Source of the DNA: a virus
Length of the DNA: 44,538 bases
Virus record (IMG/VR): IMGVR_UViG_3300038313_000260
Strand: one strand, 5' to 3'
The position numbers were made by a program, and so were the translations under genes. How positions within the stretch are numbered: position 1 is the stretch's first letter; each line of letters starts with the position of its first letter. Below, piece by piece: positions 41,649-44,538 of this stretch. Under the pieces are notes generated by a model. That model made no database searches. It was not told where the DNA came from and saw only the letters and a list, made by a program, of their open reading frames with translations.

Positions 41649-41829
41649 AATAATAGGCTTAGTTAATGATTATGAAGCGTTTTGTTTTGACGAAGCATGC
41701 GCTTATATAATGTCTAAAATGCAAGAAGAGGATAGCCCTAAGCCAAGATTTATAGATGATGAAAATAAAAACAAACAAAATAACAATGATGTGATTGAGT
41801 GGCTAAAAGTTAATAATGAAAAGGGGTGA
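41533..41829 (+). CDS. Frameshift extension ORF of the tail chaperone (GT-like product), reached by a +1 (or -2) shift
   Basis: Frame (pos mod 3 = 1) is open from 41533 and overlaps the G frame (mod 3 = 0) by 116 nt. There is no RBS or plausible start near the meaningful part (SEIIGLVNDYEAF..). Confidence 0.6.
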   Translation: MRYLIIRKRVHLIWNLFVRSQRIVSVIAMSQQYRVRPSEIIGLVNDYEAFCFDEACAYIMSKMQEEDSPKPRFIDDENKNKQNNNDVIEWLKVNNEKG

Positions 41830-41913
41830 TTTAAAAATTTCAAGTCAATATAAGGAAGTTTATGGAGCATAGAAATATGCTTCTTTTATTTTGCCCAAAA
41901 GGGGTGAGAGTAT

Positions 41914-44538
41914 ATGTCGGTAAATGTGGGGACTGCAGTAGCATTTTTAACATTAGACCGTTCAGGAATGAAAAATGGACTAAAGGCAGCTGGAGCAGAT
42001 TTAAAAAACTTTGCTAAGGGCACAGGTGGAGCAGAAGAAAGAATAAAAAGTTTAGGTAGTGCTATGACTGGTGCTGGAGCTGTTATGGCTAAAAAATTAA
42101 CAATACCATTAGCAGGAGCTGGAGCAGTAGCAACTAAAGCTAGCATGAATTTTGGAGCACAAATGTCTAAAGTTAAGGCCATTAGCGGCGCTACTGGTTC
42201 TGATTTTAATAAATTAAGAGAGCAAGCTATTAAGTTAGGAGCTGACACAGCCTTTAGTGCTAGCGAAGCTGCTGAAGGTATGGAAAATTTAGCATCCGCA
42301 GGTTTTAGTGTAAATGAAATAATGCAAGCTATGCCAGGAATGTTAGACTTAGCAGCAGCAGGTGATGTAAGTATTGCAGATGCTAGTGATATAGCAAGTA
42401 GTGCATTAAGGGGTTTTGGTATGGAAGCCGATAAAACCTCTCATGTTTCGGATGTCTTAGCAAAAACGGCAGCTGATACTAATGCAGGAATAACAGATAC
42501 CGGAGAAGCTATGAAATATGTTGCTCCAGTTGCACATTCACTTGGAATCAGCTTCGAAGATACGGCGGCTGCTATCGGGTTGTTAAGCAATGCTGGAATC
42601 CAAGGAAGCCAGGCAGGTACTACATTAAGGAGCGCTTTAACTAATCTTGCAAGTCCTACTAAACGGGCAAGCAAGGTTATGCAAGAATTAGGTATGAATT
42701 TTTTTGATGCACAGGGTAAGATGTTACCTTTAGGGCAAATAATACAGCAATTACAAGATAAAACTAAAGGGTTAACAGAACAACAAAAAGCTAGTGCTAT
42801 GGAAACACTTTTTGGAAAAGAAGCTATGAGCGGAATGCTTGCCCTAGTTGATCAGGGACCCGATAAATTTAATAAGCTTACAAAAGGGCTAAAAAATTGT
42901 GATGGTGAAGGTCATAAAATGGCAACTACCATGCAGGACAATTTAAAAGGAAGTATTGAAGAATTAAAAGGAAGTTTAGAAACTGCATTGATAAGTATAG
43001 GTGATGTATTAGCACCAACGATTAAAAAAATAGCCAACTTTATAAAGATATTAGTTAATGCTTTTAATTCTTTACCTAAGCCAGTGCAAAAGGTGATAGT
43101 TAACACGGGATTATTACTGGCTGCACTAGGCCCTGTGCTTTTAATCTTAGGTAAATTAGTAAGTAGTGTAGGCTTAGTGGGAGGAGCGTTTGCTAAGTTA
43201 GGCAGAGCAGCAAGTGCTTTCTTGAAGATACCAGCTATGGTTAGCAAAGGTGGAAAAGGTACATTAACCGCATTATCCGTTCTCAAAAAAGGTATAAACA
43301 CGATATTTAAAGGAATAAGTAAATCAGTTACAGGAGGAATAAAAGTATTCTCTAAAATTCCATTGTTCGCTAAAAAATGTTGCAGCGGAGCACTTAAAGC
43401 ATTTCAACTTTTAGGGAAAGGTGTGGGTAAAATATTTAGTGGCATAGGTAAAGCAATATCAAAAGGTGTAAGTATATTTGCTAAATTGCCTGCATTACTT
43501 AGACCACACATACTTTTAACAGTAAGTTTAATAGCAGGGATAGGATTGATTGTATACGAAGTTATTAAAAACTGGGATGAACTAAAAAAGGCAGCTGAAA
43601 ATTTATTTAAACATTTGGAGAAAGTTTTTTCTAAAATAGGAGACTTTTTTAAAAAGAGTGTAGAAGGCTGGAAACTTACTTTCAAAGGGTTAGGAGACTT
43701 CTTTTTTAAAGTAGGGCATTGGATAACTGATGGATTATTGGGAGGACTAAAAAAAGGTTGTAATAAGGTTAAAAGTTTTATTGGTAAAATGGCAAATGGA
43801 ATAAAAAGTACGTTTAAAAATATTTTAGGAATACATTCTCCTTCAAAGGAATTTCAGGGTTATGGTAAATTTATAACATTAGGGCTTATCGAGGGGCTTA
43901 AAGAAGGGCAACCTTTTGTAGATTATAGAATTACGCAATTGGGTAAAAATATTAAAAGAATATTCAAAGAGGGGTTAGGAATACATTCTCCTTCAAAAGA
44001 ATTTAAAATGTATGGTAAATTTATTGATGAAGGTTTAGCAAAAGGTTTAGATGAAAATTCACTTTTCCCAGAGGAAGCAATAAGAAAAAATATGGAAAAG
44101 ATGCAACAAGCAATTCAAGACACAGACATAGGGGAATTTACATGGCATAATGAGCAAAGTAATGAGTCAATAAGAGCTTCCAAATTAGCCTTCGAGCACA
44201 TAGACAGCAAGCCTGTTATGGGAACAAAAGAAGAATGGAATGCAACAAAAACTAAAATAAAACTCTTAAATAAAGTCCAACAAGCTCAAACTCGTACAAT
44301 ATTATTAATGGAAGTTGTAAAATCAGGTTGGCAAATCATAGGTAGAGGTTGGCAACTTCTTATAAGGGAAACTACTGGTTATAATGTAGGCCTAGATAAA
44401 GCCAAAACAAAAACAGCAGAATTGCAAAACCAATTAAATAAACCTGTTAAGCCTAAAATATTACTACCTACTAATGCTAATATTTTAAAACCAATAAAAG
44501 CTAATATTTCAAAAGCTATTAAAGCAACTCAATTAGCA
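41914..44538 (+). CDS. Tail tape measure protein, N-terminal 875 codons (continues at 100-918 after the junction; about 1147 aa total)
   Basis: ATG 41914 with a GGGGTGAGAG RBS. TP901-type TMP core (LGADTAFSASEAAEGMENLASAGF, AKTAADTNAGITDTGEAMKYVAP, GSQAGTTLRSAL). Open to the window end. Absent from the ORF track because it has no stop. Confidence 0.92.
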   Translation, partial: MSVNVGTAVAFLTLDRSGMKNGLKAAGADLKNFAKGTGGAEERIKSLGSAMTGAGAVMAKKLTIPLAGAGAVATKASMNFGAQMSKVKAISGATGSDFNKLREQAIKLGADTAFSASEAAEGMENLASAGFSVNEIMQAMPGMLDLAAAGDVSIADASDIASSALRGFGMEADKTSHVSDVLAKTAADTNAGITDTGEAMKYVAPVAHSLGISFEDTAAAIGLLSNAGIQGSQAGTTLRSALTNLASPTKRASKVMQELGMNFFDAQGKMLPLGQIIQQLQDKTKGLTEQQKASAMETLFGKEAMSGMLALVDQGPDKFNKLTKGLKNCDGEGHKMATTMQDNLKGSIEELKGSLETALISIGDVLAPTIKKIANFIKILVNAFNSLPKPVQKVIVNTGLLLAALGPVLLILGKLVSSVGLVGGAFAKLGRAASAFLKIPAMVSKGGKGTLTALSVLKKGINTIFKGISKSVTGGIKVFSKIPLFAKKCCSGALKAFQLLGKGVGKIFSGIGKAISKGVSIFAKLPALLRPHILLTVSLIAGIGLIVYEVIKNWDELKKAAENLFKHLEKVFSKIGDFFKKSVEGWKLTFKGLGDFFFKVGHWITDGLLGGLKKGCNKVKSFIGKMANGIKSTFKNILGIHSPSKEFQGYGKFITLGLIEGLKEGQPFVDYRITQLGKNIKRIFKEGLGIHSPSKEFKMYGKFIDEGLAKGLDENSLFPEEAIRKNMEKMQQAIQDTDIGEFTWHNEQSNESIRASKLAFEHIDSKPVMGTKEEWNATKTKIKLLNKVQQAQTRTILLMEVVKSGWQIIGRGWQLLIRETTGYNVGLDKAKTKTAELQNQLNKPVKPKILLPTNANILKPIKANISKAIKATQLA
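44440..44538 (+). repeat. Terminal overlap copy 2 (identical to 1-99)
   Basis: Same comparison as copy 1. 44439 is divisible by 3, so the reading frame is preserved across the junction. Confidence 0.95.

Larger units (their letters stand above)
1..44538. mobile_element. Complete temperate siphovirus-like phage genome, circularly closed in this window (unit 44,439 bp)
   Basis: All canonical modules are present (tail, lysis, attP/int, switch, recombination/replication, late activator, terminase-portal-head-tail). The ends overlap by 99 bp and the tape measure ORF is continuous across the junction. Confidence 0.85.

Noticed and set aside
41886-43685. Four minus-strand ORFs in the track (41886-42248, 42441-42674, 42912-43301, 43404-43685)
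   Set aside because: They are antisense to the long open tape measure frame, which has unmistakable TMP motifs. Their A/L/P/F-rich translations and lack of an RBS are typical shadow ORFs. They only appear prominent because the true gene has no stop inside the window.

Overview
This AT-rich window (roughly 30% GC by eye) is one complete genome of a temperate siphovirus-type phage. The host is probably a low-GC Firmicute. The GH25 endolysin with a clostridial-type C-terminal domain, the XhlA/holin cassette and the codon usage point to a Clostridium-like host. Bases 1-99 are identical to 44440-44538, and the tape measure ORF (start 41914) reads in frame across that junction to 918. The contig is therefore a circular or permuted representation with a unit length of 44,439 bp.

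Module order:
- tape measure C-terminus and about 10 tail-tip/baseplate/fibre genes (1-9570)
- a separately transcribed GLUG beta-helix protein (9719-10846)
- XhlA, holin and endolysin (10891-12217)
- a small reverse-strand moron, then attP (a tRNA 3' fragment flanked by TTCCCACAT arm-type repeats), then a tyrosine integrase (12688-14372)
- three paralogous coiled-coil genes, an ImmA-like peptidase and a CI-like repressor on the minus strand (14537-16733)
- a divergent switch, a Cro-like gene and two antirepressors; the second sits in a P22 immI-like mnt/arc/ant arrangement (16734-19481)
- Xis, YqaJ exonuclease, RecT, a replisome organizer with internal iterons, an orphan beta-class methyltransferase, a RecU-like resolvase and a late activator (19492-26698)
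- an accessory island holding an unknown 262-aa protein paired with an XRE-HTH/M78-peptidase fusion, plus two tandem hicAB modules (26746-30530)
- terS, terL, portal, a membrane-protein moron, a MuF head protein with a long C-terminal extension and an overlapping Cys-rich ORF, an HExxH mini-protein, scaffold, decoration protein, gpE-like capsid, connectors, major tail protein, and a tail chaperone pair with +1 frameshift geometry (30602-41829)

The best candidates for undescribed biology are:
- the 262-aa/HTH-peptidase pair
- the MuF-fused C-terminal domain with its coupled small ORF
- the triplicated coiled-coil array in the lysogeny module
- the immI-like second immunity region

All functional calls rest on motifs I recognise, on gene order and on sequence signals. 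No database search was possible.
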